Virus record (IMG/VR): IMGVR_UViG_3300045988_110279
Reading direction: 5' to 3' (one strand)
Source of the DNA: a virus
Length of the DNA stretch: 64,000 nt
This document shows positions 15,774-27,974 of this stretch, in pieces; the first letter of the stretch is position 1, and each line of letters begins with the position of its first letter. The notes beneath the pieces are model-generated. The model was not told where the DNA came from. It ran no database searches and saw only the letters and a program-made list of their open reading frames with translations. The position numbers and the translations under genes are program-made.

Positions 15774-16525
15774 TTTTCCAAAACCTCCAAGAAAATTCTA
15801 AAATTGCGGGAATTGCGGTTTGGAATCGCAAAATAGATATTTGGAATATTATAATTGCGGGCTGCGCTTACGAGCAAGGTGGCGACCGTTGATGGATCTT
15901 GCATAAAAACACCACAGCCCCAGGCTCCCGCGATTAAATTTTCCACTCCCTTAGCCTCGGCAATCCGATACATAAAATTAATTCTCTCTTCCATTATCCT
16001 ATTGTTTAGAGAAAGAGGAACTTGCTGATAAGTATGTGCTGTTCTATAATTAGGAGAAGCACAAGTAATTACATCAGCTAATTTTCTACCATTGTCTTTT
16101 TCAAAGACTACATCAGGAGTATAGATAGCTCTATCAAGATATAGGGCTCGATTTAGTCTCTGTCTATTCCATGCGTAATAAGTATCATCAAAAGCAAGAA
16201 GAATAGGATAAAGGTTGCTTTCGTGACACAATGCCTCTTCTTGTGCAGAGCTGCCTCCAAGGAAGTAACCACCTGGATGTTTATAGCTTGCATAATTTAA
16301 GATTGCGGTCTTGCTCCGATCGGTTAAACCAAATAGACAGGATACGCTATCTTGGTCTTTAAGATAAAAGGTATTATGGTAGGTTTCTTGCGGTTTTAGC
16401 GGAAAAGGAAGATTGGGGCCAAAAATTTCAGAGTTTATAATTGCGCGATCTGTATCTTCCTTGAGTCTCACTTTAATGTCTGCGTAATGCGATTGCGCGT
16501 GTTGTTTGAGCTCTTCTCGTTTCAT
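15758..16525 (-). CDS. macrodomain protein, bacterial PARG-like (DUF2263/TIGR02452-like)
   Basis: HPGGYFLGGSSAQEEALC resembles the PARG GGG-x6-8-QEE signature. Confidence 0.5.
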   Translation of the reverse strand: MKREELKQHAQSHYADIKVRLKEDTDRAIINSEIFGPNLPFPLKPQETYHNTFYLKDQDSVSCLFGLTDRSKTAILNYASYKHPGGYFLGGSSAQEEALCHESNLYPILLAFDDTYYAWNRQRLNRALYLDRAIYTPDVVFEKDNGRKLADVITCASPNYRTAHTYQQVPLSLNNRIMEERINFMYRIAEAKGVENLIAGAWGCGVFMQDPSTVATLLVSAARNYNIPNIYFAIPNRNSRNFRIFLEVLEKCSSN

Positions 16526-16559
16526 TTGCAGTTTCCTTTCTTCCGTGCGGTTGGGCAGA

Positions 16560-16748
16560 AGTGGATAATTTAATTATCCCAATCTTCAAATAAAGTGTGT
16601 AAACTATTTGTTTCCGCCGCTAATCTCTTTAAATATTCTTTAAGCATTTTATTTTCTTTAACTTTAATTGCATAATCGCAAGTATTGTCGCAGTCTGGTG
16701 TGTACTACCGACCGAATCTATTATAACAATAATCAATGCAAGGACACA
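16560..16748 (-). CDS. small Cys-rich protein (one TAG)
   Basis: MSKMCPCIDYCYNRFGR(TAG)YTPDCDNTCDY... Confidence 0.25.
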
Positions 16749-16750
16749 TT

Positions 16751-17098
16751 TTACTCATATTTACATCCATTCATTCTACAGTCTATTGTACATTGCCCTG
16801 AAGCCCCTTCACAAGGAATAGCATCAGGATAGTATTCGAAATAAGACGAGGTTAATAGAACTTCATACCCAAGTTCCCGCAGTATTCTCTCTGCGACATA
16901 CCTATCTCTTAACTTAATCCATTCTTCTCTGTTTACTTTTGTTTCTCTATCTATTTGATTTGAGGTGTCTACATCCACAGTTATAGTTCCATCACTAATA
17001 GAGATGGCCTCATCCAACCTTCTAAACCATTTTTTAAAGGGATTTTGAATATGCAATATATCTTCAGCATATTTGTCAAAATCTTCCGAAAATTTCAT
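16751..17098 (-). CDS. hypothetical protein
   Basis: Internal start MKFSEDFDKY of track ORF 16751..17191, placed so as not to overlap FolD. Confidence 0.4.
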   Translation of the reverse strand: MKFSEDFDKYAEDILHIQNPFKKWFRRLDEAISISDGTITVDVDTSNQIDRETKVNREEWIKLRDRYVAERILRELGYEVLLTSSYFEYYPDAIPCEGASGQCTIDCRMNGCKYE

Positions 17099-17121
17099 TA
17101 TCTTTGTGCCTGTTTCGCTAA

Positions 17122-17885
17122 CTATAAACAATTTTTCATCAACCCCAATCTTGTTAATAGACCTACTCCTCCGGGGACAGGAGTTGACCATACCTTATTT
17201 TTACTTGCAATTTCATCAATTTCTACAAAGTCTCCAAGAATAATTCCTGCTTCATTTCTACGAATACCAACATCTATAACAATAGCATTAGGACAGGCTT
17301 CTCTTGTTAAGCTAAATTTTCCTACCGCAGAGATAATTAAATCCGCTTGTCTTGTTAAATAGAGTTTTGTGTTTATATCTGTTTTACTGTGACACATTGA
17401 TACGGTCATATTTCTATCTAGAAGAGCTTTAGCCATTGGCTTTCCTACAATATCGCTTCTTCCCAAAACAACAGCAGATTTACCTTCGTAGTTAAAGCCA
17501 CATTTATCCAAATAATCTATAATTCCTCTTACTGTTGCTGGAGTAATATTACTCATTGGATTTAATCCATCTGCATCTTTAGAAACAGGTATTTGATTAT
17601 AATTGAAATCAATCCCGTCTGCTATTGGCATTTGGACTATTACAGCATCCCAATCTTTCGCATGGTCTAAAAATAACTTTAATTCTACTGAACTATTAGC
17701 TCTAAATACTTCTGCTTTCCAACCAAGAGCATTAAAGTCTTTTATTTTATTACGAATATAAATTTGATTTGCGGGATCCTAGGCCGTCGCGTCGATAATC
17801 ATGAGAGAAGGAATTGCAGATCTATCAACCAGCAATTTCTCTATCTCTTGTTTAAAATACTCTTTTATATTAATCTATTTCGTCA
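17122..17885 (-). CDS. folD: bifunctional methylenetetrahydrofolate dehydrogenase/cyclohydrolase FolD; two in-frame TAG codons
   Basis: The C-terminal 169 aa (track ORF) match FolD: VVLGRSDIVGKPMA...VIDVGI...TPVPGGVG. The N-terminus DATA(TAG)DPANQIYIRNK and VIVQMPIADGID is recovered only by reading TAG as sense. Confidence 0.7.
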
Positions 17886-18280
17886 TTCTCTGGTTCTAGC
17901 CTCCATGGATCATCAGTATAATAATCTATCATATCATAAAAAGATATACCCTACTCGCTGTCTACTTCTAACACCTAATGAGGTAAGCACTATAATTCGT
18001 ACTAAAAATCTTTATTTATATGATGTGTTGTATAAATATGGACAGCATAAGGTCTCCCGTCTGTAATTCCCTATATATCCCACATATTAATAATGTTCTA
18101 TTGAAATGTCTCTTGGGCATACTATGGAGATACAGCGATACATACAATTAAAATATTAAAATAATACTATGCGTTTTTTGGTAGTGCATTGTAAGGTTCA
18201 TCGAAGAACATTTCTTTATATTCCTCCTACTATTTTCTATTTATATTATAGCATTATAATTTTAATTAATCAAATAAGAT

Positions 18281-18309
18281 TTGACAATCTAGTATTTTTT
18301 TGTTATTAT
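18281..18309 (+). promoter_or_regulatory. rightward promoter TTGACA-17-TATTAT
   Basis: Upstream of the first plus-strand late-module gene. Confidence 0.55.
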
Positions 18310-18333
18310 ATGAGTATAAAAGGAGATGACAGT

Positions 18334-19380
18334 ATGATAAAATTAGATTATACTATTGAGTCTCCAGAAGAGCGAAAAGCGCTTGTCGAAAAAATAATCG
18401 AAGAAAATCCGGATCTTACTCCGAGTTATTTAGAAATATTAGCAGATTATTTAGTTCTATGTATGGAAAAGCAAGAGAAGAAAGAAAAGAATATATTAAC
18501 AGATAATAGAATGGCTACTGTTAATAAAAGAGAATGTTCTTTCGAAGGGCTTGCGTCATAGATGGAAAATGGCGAGGATGGCATTTATGGTTTAATGTCA
18601 GAAAATAAAAATGTTATATTTTAGCCAAAGATTTCTATTACACAGAAAGATTTAGATACTATACCATGTTTAAAATAGTTGAGAGAAACCATTAATGTCT
18701 GGGAGGGCGCTTTAAAACGCGCTGCTGGGACAAAATAGGCATATATGATGAAAAAAGCATTAATAGAGATGCGAAAAGATTAGTATATCATTAAGCAAGC
18801 ATATTAGAAACCTATTATACCATGTAAATTAACGAGATCCGTAAGAACTCATATTCCTCTTGATGATTAGAGTTATCTTAATGGACAGGAGGTAGTGGTA
18901 AAGGGTATTTCGCTAATGGACGCCAATGTTGTTTCTGCTATTTTATGCAATTATTCAAAATTAAAAGAGGATAGTTATGATTAGTTTGAGGGAGATACAT
19001 GGTATTTAATTCAATCATTTGAAGAAATATGTGATAAAGCTCTCAAAGACTTTCCAATCTATTTACGAATTGTTGAACTCAAAATTGATAAAAAGTAGAA
19101 TAACGAAATATAGGAAATATTAAAAAATGAGTTTGGTAAAACATATAGCGTTGAATATATTTCTAGCCTATGGAGAAATAAGATTCCTAAACTCATTGCG
19201 GAAGAGGCTTTAGAAGATTTTTTACGTTGGTAGTATAAACAAAAAGGATACCCAATGAAAAAATGTTCTAAGTGTGGGCAATTAAAGCCAGCCCATAATC
19301 AATTCTTTTCAAAGAATAAGACAAGTAAGGATAATTTGTATAGTATCTGTAAGCGCTGTCGCAATAAGAAAAGAGGTTGA
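18334..19380 (+). CDS. hypothetical protein with C-terminal CxxC...CxxC zinc ribbon; ~13 TAG codons
   Basis: RBS AAAGGAGA then ATG. In frame with track ORF 18169..18561, ending at TGA 19378. Confidence 0.5.
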
Positions 19381-19386
19381 TTATAA

Positions 19387-20556
19387 ATGAGCCATTATTG
19401 TAAAAAATGTGGTAAAACTATGGATGATACATAGTTTTATACATCAAAAAATTTAGAGAAGTATCCTCCAGATGGAAAGATGGATATTTGTAAAAAGTGT
19501 CTTACTATGCACGTAGATAACTGGGATCCAGAAACTTATAAATGGATTTTATAGGAGATTGACGTTCCATATATTAAAGAAGAATGGAATGGTTTATTGG
19601 AAAAATATGGAAAAGATCCAAAGAAAGTTACTGGATTAACTATTATTGGACGCTATTTATCTAAAATGAAATTAAAGCAATGGAATAAATACACTTGGGC
19701 AGATACAGAAACGCTAGAGAAAGATTCCATTGATAAAAAAGTTCTTAATATGAAGGCTCAAGGATTTACAGAAGATGAAATTCAAGAGCAGTTGTCTATT
19801 GATAGAACTCCTCCAAAACCAAAAGAATTAGAGGATGTTTAGGCCCCTGTAGGAACTCCAGAATATGAAGATCCAGAGGAAGATGATGATTTTGGTGATT
19901 AGCTAACCGAAGAAGATAAATTAGTATTACGTCTTAAATGGGGCCGCGGATATTCTTGGGAAGAAAGAGTAAGAATGGAGCAGCTTTACAATGATATGAT
20001 GAGTTCTTATGATATTCAAGGAGCAGGTCATAAAGATACTCTTATTATGGTATGTAAAGCTAGTTTAAAAGCAAATTAGTTAATTGATGCTGGAGATATT
20101 GATGGCTTTTAGAAGATGCAAAAAGCCTATGATAGTTTAATGAAAAGCGGCAAATTTACGGCTGCTTAGAACAAAGGCGAATCCGGTGAATTTGTAGATT
20201 CAATAGGTGAATTGGTAGCCCTTTGCGAAAGAGAGGGTTTTATTCCTAGATATTATACGGAAGGGCCCCAAGATAAAGTAGATAGAACTCTTTAGGATTT
20301 ACAGCAATATACTCATACTCTAGTTACAGAGGAAATGAATCTTGGTAATATGATCGAAGCTTCGTTAAGAGAAATAGTTAAAGACAGAGAACGCGAGGCA
20401 AATATTGATGTTGAAGATAGCGATGAGGATGAAGATTTATTTAATTACGAGCATCCAGAATTAACAGAAGAAGATTATCAAGAGTATGAAGATATGAAAG
20501 AGTCGGAAAGAGACAAAGATGAGGAAATGTTAAATAATATATTAAAGGAGGTTTAA
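19387..20556 (+). CDS. hypothetical protein with N-terminal zinc ribbon and acidic C-terminus (terminase small subunit by position?)
   Basis: MSHYCKKCGKT...CKKC. Frames 19597..19842 and 20335..20556 are joined by TAG readthrough. Confidence 0.45.
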
Positions 20557-20559
20557 TAT

Positions 20560-22305
20560 ATGGCATTAAAAGATTTATTAAACCTTTCAAATAATAATAA
20601 GAAAATTGGCCTTTCCGAAGAAAGAGTTCGTGCGATAATTCCAGCAGCAAGATAGTATATAGCTTTTTGGAGAGAATATCCAGATATGTTTATTGACTTT
20701 TTGTAGACCGGCGGAGACGATACAAGAAAAAAAGAAATTAATTTTTATTTTTATTAGAGAGTTTTCTTGCGGGCGGCTATGAGATATAAGTATGTATACA
20801 TGGTATTTCCTCGTGCCTATTCTAAGTCATTCTTATCAGTAACGGTGCTTATGTGTAGATGTATATTATATCCTGGATGTAAGCTATTCATTACTTCTGG
20901 TGGAAAAGAACAGGCAGCAGGTATAGCAAAAGAAAAAGTCTAGGAAATTTGTAATGCGATTCCCGCGCTTTAGAGAGAGATTGATTGGCGAAGAGGTAAG
21001 ACTTAGGAAGGAAAAGATTATTGTAAGTATATCTTCAAAAATGGATCTTATTTTGACAACGTTGCTGCTAGAGAATCTTCTCGTGGTAAGCGTAGACATG
21101 GAGGATTAATTGAGGAGTGCGTTGGTGTAGATGGGGATATTTTAAATGAAGTTTTAATCCCTCTAATGAACGTTGATAGAAGATGTTTAGATGGATCTGT
21201 TCATGAAGAAGAAACACTCAATAAATCCTAGATTTATGTTACTACTGCGGGGTGGAAAAACACATTCCCATATAATAAGTTGATTACTTTGCTAGTGCGC
21301 ATGATACTAGAACCCGAAAAGAGTATTGTAATGGGCGGAACATGGAGAATTCCTGTGCTAGTGGGATTGCAATCCCGCAACTTTGTATAGGAGTTAAAAC
21401 AAGATGGTACATTTAATGAAGCATCATTTGATAGAGAGTATGAATCTAAATGGAGTGGCACCGTAGAAGATGCCTTCTTTAATGGTGATGCTTTTGATAG
21501 AAGTAGAAAATTGCTTTAGCCTGAATATGAATCTTCCGGGCGCTCTTCTGCTCAAGCATATTATGTTCTTTCTGTTGATGTAGGAAGAAAGAAATGTCAA
21601 TCTGTTGTATGTGTATTTAAAGTAACCCCTCAGTCTCAAGGACCAGCGATTAAGTCTCTTGTTAATATATATACTATGGATGATGAACATTTTGAAGATT
21701 AGGCAATTAAGCTAAAAAGATTATATTATGATTATAAAGCTAAAATTATTGTTATTGACGGTAATGGACTTGGTGCTGGATTGATGGATTATATGGTTAA
21801 ACCACAAATAGTGCCAGATACCAATGAAGTTTTTCCTGATTTTGGTGTAGCTAATGACGAAGATGGAGAATACAAACGATTTAGAACAGATAATACAGAA
21901 TATGATGCTATTTATGAAATTAAGGCAAATGCGCCAATTAATACCGAAGCCCATAGCAATGTTTAGACATAGTTGCGGGCTGGAAAGTTAAGATTTTTAA
22001 TCGACGAAAAAGTTGCTAGAAATAAATTACTTGGTACCAAGAAAGGTCAAGCCATGAAACCAGAAGAGCGGGCAGAATATTTAAAACCATTCACTTTAAC
22101 TTCTATATTAAGAGAAGAAATGCTAAATTTGCGAGAAGAAAATGAGGGTGTAAATATTATTTTAAAACAGGCAAATAAGTCTGTGCCCAAAGATAAATTC
22201 TCTGCGCTTGAATATGGATTATATTATATTAAATAGGAAGAAGATAGTAAACGCAAGCGTAAAAGTAGAAGATTTTCAGATTTTATGTTTATGAGTGAGG
22301 TGTAA
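20560..22305 (+). CDS. terminase large subunit
   Basis: 581-aa frame (track fragments 21781.., 21973..) with ATPase-like and nuclease-like regions (...VIDGNGLGAGLMDYMV...). Many TAG codons. Confidence 0.6.
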
Positions 22306-22308
22306 GAT

Positions 22309-22665
22309 ATGAAGGCCAGTCGTGGAGAAATTAAAATTCATGAGATATTAGAGCAAAATGGCATGAACTTTAAAGAAGAGTATGAGTTTCCTGGGCTGAA
22401 AGCACCAAGTGGCAGGCCACTTCGTTTTGATTTTGCTGTTTTTGATGATGATGGAAATCTTGATTTTTTAATTGAGTATCAGGGTAAATAGCATTATTAG
22501 GCTGTTAGTAAATTTGGTGGAAATAGAGGATTATACCAATAGAAATATAATGATAATCAAAAGCGTAGATTTTGTGCATTAAAAGGTATTACCCTTATTG
22601 AAGTTCCCTATACGGAGGAAAATATCATCTCTTATGATTATTTAATGAGTAAAGCTGGATATTAA
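22309..22665 (+). CDS. small endonuclease-like protein (Vsr/PD-(D/E)xK-like) inserted between terminase and portal
   Basis: LRFDFAVFDDDGNLDFLIEYQGK(TAG)HY... Confidence 0.35.
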
Positions 22666-22682
22666 CACCTGGAGGTGATATT

Positions 22683-24308
22683 TTGTTAAAACGTCGATAG
22701 GAAGAAATAAGAGCTAAAGGTTTTGATCTACTGGATCGAGGTATTATTACTCGTTATCAATAGGAAGAAGATTTTTTGAACTATGATACTGTTGATTATG
22801 CAAAAATGCGAGTTGGATTACGGTCTGTTGATGATGCGCTTATTAATCTAGGCACATATAAAAAGATAAATAGAAATTATGGAGATAAAAAGTTTGTATT
22901 AAATGCTATTTATAAGCATGATTACAAGACTTTAAGAGAGATTTCTAATTACTTTTATGAAAGTAGCGGTATTTATTATAGATTATGTAAATATTTAGCC
23001 TTCTTATATAGATTTGATTGGTATATTACTCCATACACAGTAGATGCGTAGAAAGATAAAGATAAGCTATTGAAAGATTTTTCAAAGGTCTTGCTTTACC
23101 TTGATAAATCTAGTGTGAAGAGAATGCTTGGAAATATATCATTAGATATTATTAAAGAAGGAGCTTATTATGGTGTAATTGTTGATTTTGGAGATAGATT
23201 TGCAATTTAGAAATTACCAGCTTCATATTGCAGAAGTAGATATTTCTAGGGCCCTAATCCAATAGTAGAATTAAATCTTTAGTTTTTTGACACTTATTTT
23301 GCCAATCCGCAATATAAAATCTAGATATTAAAGATTTTTCCACAGGATATTCAAAAGGCATATATTCTTTATAAACAGGGAAAATTAAAAGGGGATTATC
23401 CAGGTGATACTACTGTATGGTATCCACTAGATCCTAGTATTTCTGTAAAGTTTAGTCTAAATGATAATGAATTTCCTTTTCTAGCTGGGGTTATTCCTTC
23501 TATTATTGATTTGGATCAAGCACAAGAATTAGATCGTCAAAAGACAATGCAACAATTATTAAAAATTATTATTTAGAAGTTGCCTCTTGATAAAAATGGA
23601 GATTTGATTTTTGATGTTGATGAAGCAAGGGATATTCATAATAATGCTGTAACTATGTTAAAACGAGCTATTGGTGTAGATGTATTAACAACTTTTGCAG
23701 ATATTGAAAAAATTGATACAAAAGATAATAATTCTAATACAACGACAGACGATTTGGAAAAAGTTGAACGTACAGTTTATAATAACTCAGGTGTAACTCA
23801 TAATTTGTTTAATGCAGATGGCAATATTGCAGTTACAAATTCTATTTTGACAGATGAATCTAGCGTAAGAGATATTCCTCTCATGTTTACAGATTTATTA
23901 AATCGAGTAGTAGAGAAATTTAATCGCAAAAATCATTATGAGTTTAGAGCGGAAATGTTAGAAACTACCTAGTTTAATTATAAAGAGTTATCTAAATTAT
24001 ATAAAGAGCACGCTCAACTGGGTTATTCTAAGATGTTGCCGCAGATTGCTTTAGGTCACTCTCAATCAAGTATATTAGCTACATTAACATTTGAGAACGA
24101 AGTATTGAATTTAGCAGAAATTATGATTCCGCCTATGAGTTCTAATACCAGAAGCGGAAAAGATTTGGGTAATAATAATTAGTCATCTAAAACTAATTCT
24201 TAGAATAAGTAGACAAGTTCAACTAATACTGATGGAGCCGGCAGGCCCAAAAAAGAAGATGGCGAAAAGTCAGATAAGACAATAGCTAATCAAGAAAGTT
24301 CGTCATAA
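22683..24308 (+). CDS. portal protein
   Basis: TTG start 7 nt after GGAGGTGA. The 541-aa frame joins track ORFs 22776.. and 23580.. Typical position after terminase. Confidence 0.6.
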
Positions 24309-24322
24309 AGGAGGGATTAAAC

Positions 24323-25582
24323 TTGCATATTAGTGTTCCCATTTTAAATACGATGGAATATATTTAGAACACTTAGATTTCTCCTCTAGTTAGTAAAGGT
24401 GTCTGCAAAGTTTGCTACGTTGGGTAGCAACCTAACCGCAACCATACTGTAATTACCAAAGAAGTGGCCGCGGAAATGGGACGTAAACTACCAGGAAGTC
24501 CTATTGTTGGATATTTTAATCATGAAATAAATGATTTTGAAGGCCACAACAGAGAAATTATTGTTCGAGATGGTAAGTTTGCTATTGTTGATACTACAAG
24601 ACCATATGGATTTGTTCCTACAAATGCAAATGTATGGTTTTAGAAGTTCAATGATGAAGGCGTAGAAAGAGAATATCTTGTGACAGATGTATACATTTGG
24701 ACTAGCGTTTATCCAGAATCTAAAAGAATCCTGGAGAATGGCAATAACCATTCTATGGAATTGAATGAAGAAAATCAATCAGGATTTTGGACAAAAGATG
24801 ATAAAACAAATGAAAGAATCTTTATCTACAATGAGGCATTGATTGAGAAATTATGTGTTCTCGGAGAAAATGTTGAGCCTTGTTTCGAGGGAGCTCAATT
24901 TAGTTCTCAATTTTCTTTGGAGAATAATCAAGAGTTTTAGAAACTTAAAACTATGATGTATTCTATGATGGATCAATTAAAAGAAACTTTAAATAAAGGA
25001 GGCTCTCAAGAACCTATGGAGAATGAGAAGAAAGTACCTACTGATTTCGAGAAAAATACTCCAAATCCAGAGGAGGATAAGAAGAAAAAGACTTCTGAAA
25101 ATCCTGCTCCAGCCCCAGAGGGAGAAAAAGAAAAGAAAAAGGATGCTCCTCAAGGTAAGAAGTACAATCTTGAAGAAGTAACAGAATATACAGAGTTACT
25201 TACAAAGTTTACCGATTTAGAGACTAAATATTCTGCTCTTGAGCAAGAAAAAACTAATCTAGATAATGAAGTTACAGCACTAAGAGAATTTAAACTTAAT
25301 GCTGAACGTCAAAGTAAACAACAAATGATTGATAGTTTCTATATGTTAAGTGATGAGGATAAGAAAGATGTCGCTGAGCATATTGATACTTATTCTTTAG
25401 ATGATATTGAAGCTAAATTATCTATTCTTTGTGTTAGAAATAAAGTAAATTTCAATCTTGAAGAAAAGCATAAAGAAGAAGATAATACCCCAAAGGGACT
25501 TTTTAATTTAAATAATCCAGAAACTGACAACGTTCCTGATTGGGTAAAAGCAATTCGTGAAACTGCTAAAAGCAGTATTTAA
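24323..25582 (+). CDS. scaffolding protein (K/E-rich coiled-coil C-terminus; N-terminal domain possibly protease-like)
   Basis: TTG start after AAAGGAGGG. In frame with track ORFs 24680.. and 24953.. Confidence 0.45.
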
Positions 25583-25595
25583 GGAGGATTAAAGA

Positions 25596-26285
25596 ATGGC
25601 TAAGAGTTCTAAAAGATTAGGTAATGCCACTTTTGTCCAGTATGGATATGGTCAAGTGGAGCCAAACCATCTTTCCGCTCCAAGAAATGGTCAAGTATAT
25701 GCTCAGCTTCCCGCAGCTAGCACTATTGAGATTCTTGAGAACGGTCAATTTGTAAAGTATAATTATGCAAAAGGCGTATGCGATTTTAGTACAGAAGCTA
25801 CTTCTGGCGCTTGGATGATGGTGTTTAATGAAGTAAAGATTTATAGAGATCGCGAAACTGACGCTGATTTTGCTATGATTAAGGATAATTATAATGCTCG
25901 TGTATATAGTCCAATTGGACAAACAGTTTCTACACTTGCTACAATAAGTGATTATACCGGAGAAGCTGTACGCGAAGGTAGTGATGTAGCATATAAGAAA
26001 AATATGGAGACATTTACTTATCCTGCATTGATGCCAGAAGGAACTAAAATGGTACCTCGCGTAATTAAGATTAGTATTGGTGATATTTGGACTACTAATA
26101 CCATTAAGGCTAATGCTGGAGAACTTGCAGTAGGCGATCGTCTAAAGATTGATACTGATGGATATTTAACTAAAGATACTGAAACTTCTGCTAAAGGTGG
26201 AGATTTAGATCCTATCTTTGCAGTAGTAAAAGTGTATACTATGCCAGATCTTCAACCTGGTGTAAAAGTACAGCGTGTAGGTTAA
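25596..26285 (+). CDS. TAG-free capsid-associated protein (decoration/auxiliary?)
   Basis: Track ORF of 229 aa with a strong RBS and no TAG codons. Confidence 0.4.
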   Translation: MAKSSKRLGNATFVQYGYGQVEPNHLSAPRNGQVYAQLPAASTIEILENGQFVKYNYAKGVCDFSTEATSGAWMMVFNEVKIYRDRETDADFAMIKDNYNARVYSPIGQTVSTLATISDYTGEAVREGSDVAYKKNMETFTYPALMPEGTKMVPRVIKISIGDIWTTNTIKANAGELAVGDRLKIDTDGYLTKDTETSAKGGDLDPIFAVVKVYTMPDLQPGVKVQRVG

Positions 26286-26304
26286 TTGGAAGGAGTGAAG
26301 AAGA

Positions 26305-27357
26305 ATGTTAGATAAAGCTAATTTACTTAGTTTAATGAAAACTGTCGCTAATGCAAATCCTTCTGGTACCTATAGCTATCAAGGAGAGTCTTTTAGCTAT
26401 GACGCTTTAAATACCACTTTGCGTAATGAGCTAAATGAATTTGTTGGCACAGATGAACTTTATAGAGAAAATAAAAATACTCTATTCTCTTTAATTGAGC
26501 AGACTATGGATGAAGTTGTTCCTAATCGTTTACTCAATTCTTATGGCAATTTTGCTGAGATTAGAACTTTCGCACAAGGCGACAAGCCTGTATTTACTCG
26601 TAGAACTGGACTTACTCGCGCTAAGCAATTCATTACTCGTGTGGGGCTTGCTGGTGTGTATGAGACCTTTAAGCTTGGTTCTGAGAGCTTCGAAGTTGGA
26701 ACAAGCGCCATTGGTGGAGCTGCTCGTATCGGATTTGAGGAGTTCCTTGATGGAAGAGTAAACTTTGCAGAACTTACTCAAATTGTAACAGAGGGTATGC
26801 AAGAGCTTATTTATAGAGAGATTGCTCAAGCTCTTATGGGTTCTATCAATCAGCTTCCCGCGGCAAACCGTTGTGCTGTTGCTGGTTTTGACGAACCAAC
26901 TATGGATTATCTTGTAAATACTGCTACTGCTTATGGTCAACCAACTATTTATTGCACTCGTGAGTTTGCAGTAAAAATGATTCCAGATAATGATGCTTGG
27001 ATTTCTGACAATATGAGAGATTAGTATTGGGGAACTGGTTATCTTGCAAATTACAAGGGAACTAGAGTGGTAATTCTACCTCAAACTCTTGAAGATGAGA
27101 CTAACTCCAAAAAGATGATTGATCCAGGTTATGCTTGGATTATTCCTGGTGGAGCTGAGAGCCGTCCTGTAAAAGTTGCTTTTGAGGGTACTACCCACGT
27201 GCGCGAACGCGATGATAATGACGACTGGTCTCGTGATATTCAGGTTTACCGTAAGGTTGGTGTCGGTGTAATGATGGCGAATAACATCTTCTCTTATGTT
27301 GATACTGAACTTCAAGGCGAGCTTGATAATACTAACCCAAATCCAAATAATGGTTAA
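26305..27357 (+). CDS. major capsid protein (HK97-fold sized, 350 aa; single TAG at 27022)
   Basis: Track ORFs 26305..27024 and 27067..27357 are the same frame joined by one TAG. Position is between scaffold and a terminator. Confidence 0.6.
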
Positions 27358-27363
27358 TTGACA

Positions 27364-27400
27364 GGGGATAGGGAAATATCCCTATCCCCTTTTATTTATT
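27364..27400 (+). terminator. intrinsic terminator after the capsid gene
   Basis: ggggataggg-aaata-tccctatcccc followed by TTTTATTT. Confidence 0.7.
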
Positions 27401-27421
27401 GAGAAAAAGGAGATAAAAATT

Positions 27422-27955
27422 ATGAAAAATAGTTGCACTGTTTATAATAAGAGCGCAGGTCGTGTTGTATATAGATTGCCTGAATTGGGCGTGCGCCGTA
27501 TGTTTTACCCTGGAGAACACAAGGAACTTGAAGTATCTGAACTAGAAAAGCTAGTACAAACGCCTGGAGGCCGCAAATTAATTTATAATTACTTACTTGT
27601 AGATGATAGAGAGATTGTTAAATATCTTATTAATGGTAGGGTTGAACCAGAGTATTGGATGAAAGAAGAAGAGATTGATTCTTGGATGAATACGTGTTCT
27701 TTAGATGAATTTAAGGATGCTCTTGATTTTGCTCCAGAAGGCACTAAAGATCTGATTAAATCCCATGCTATTTCTCTTCCTTTAAATGATATGTCTAAAA
27801 GAGATGCTTTGGAAAAACAATTAGGATTTAATGTTACTAAAGCATTAGAATTAACAGCAGATGATAAAAAGAATCCTAAGGAAGAGAAACCTGTAAGAAG
27901 AGTGTCAACTACAAGTGAGGATGCTCCAAAACGCAGAGTAGCTATTTCTGATTGA
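27422..27955 (+). CDS. hypothetical structural protein (TAG-free)
   Basis: Track ORF. Confidence 0.5.
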   Translation: MKNSCTVYNKSAGRVVYRLPELGVRRMFYPGEHKELEVSELEKLVQTPGGRKLIYNYLLVDDREIVKYLINGRVEPEYWMKEEEIDSWMNTCSLDEFKDALDFAPEGTKDLIKSHAISLPLNDMSKRDALEKQLGFNVTKALELTADDKKNPKEEKPVRRVSTTSEDAPKRRVAISD

Positions 27956-27974
27956 TATAAGGGAGGTTATAGCC

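Noticed and set aside
17764-18066. Plus-strand track ORF of 100 aa
   Set aside because: Antisense to the FolD N-terminus (which is only visible with TAG as sense) and the divergent promoter region.
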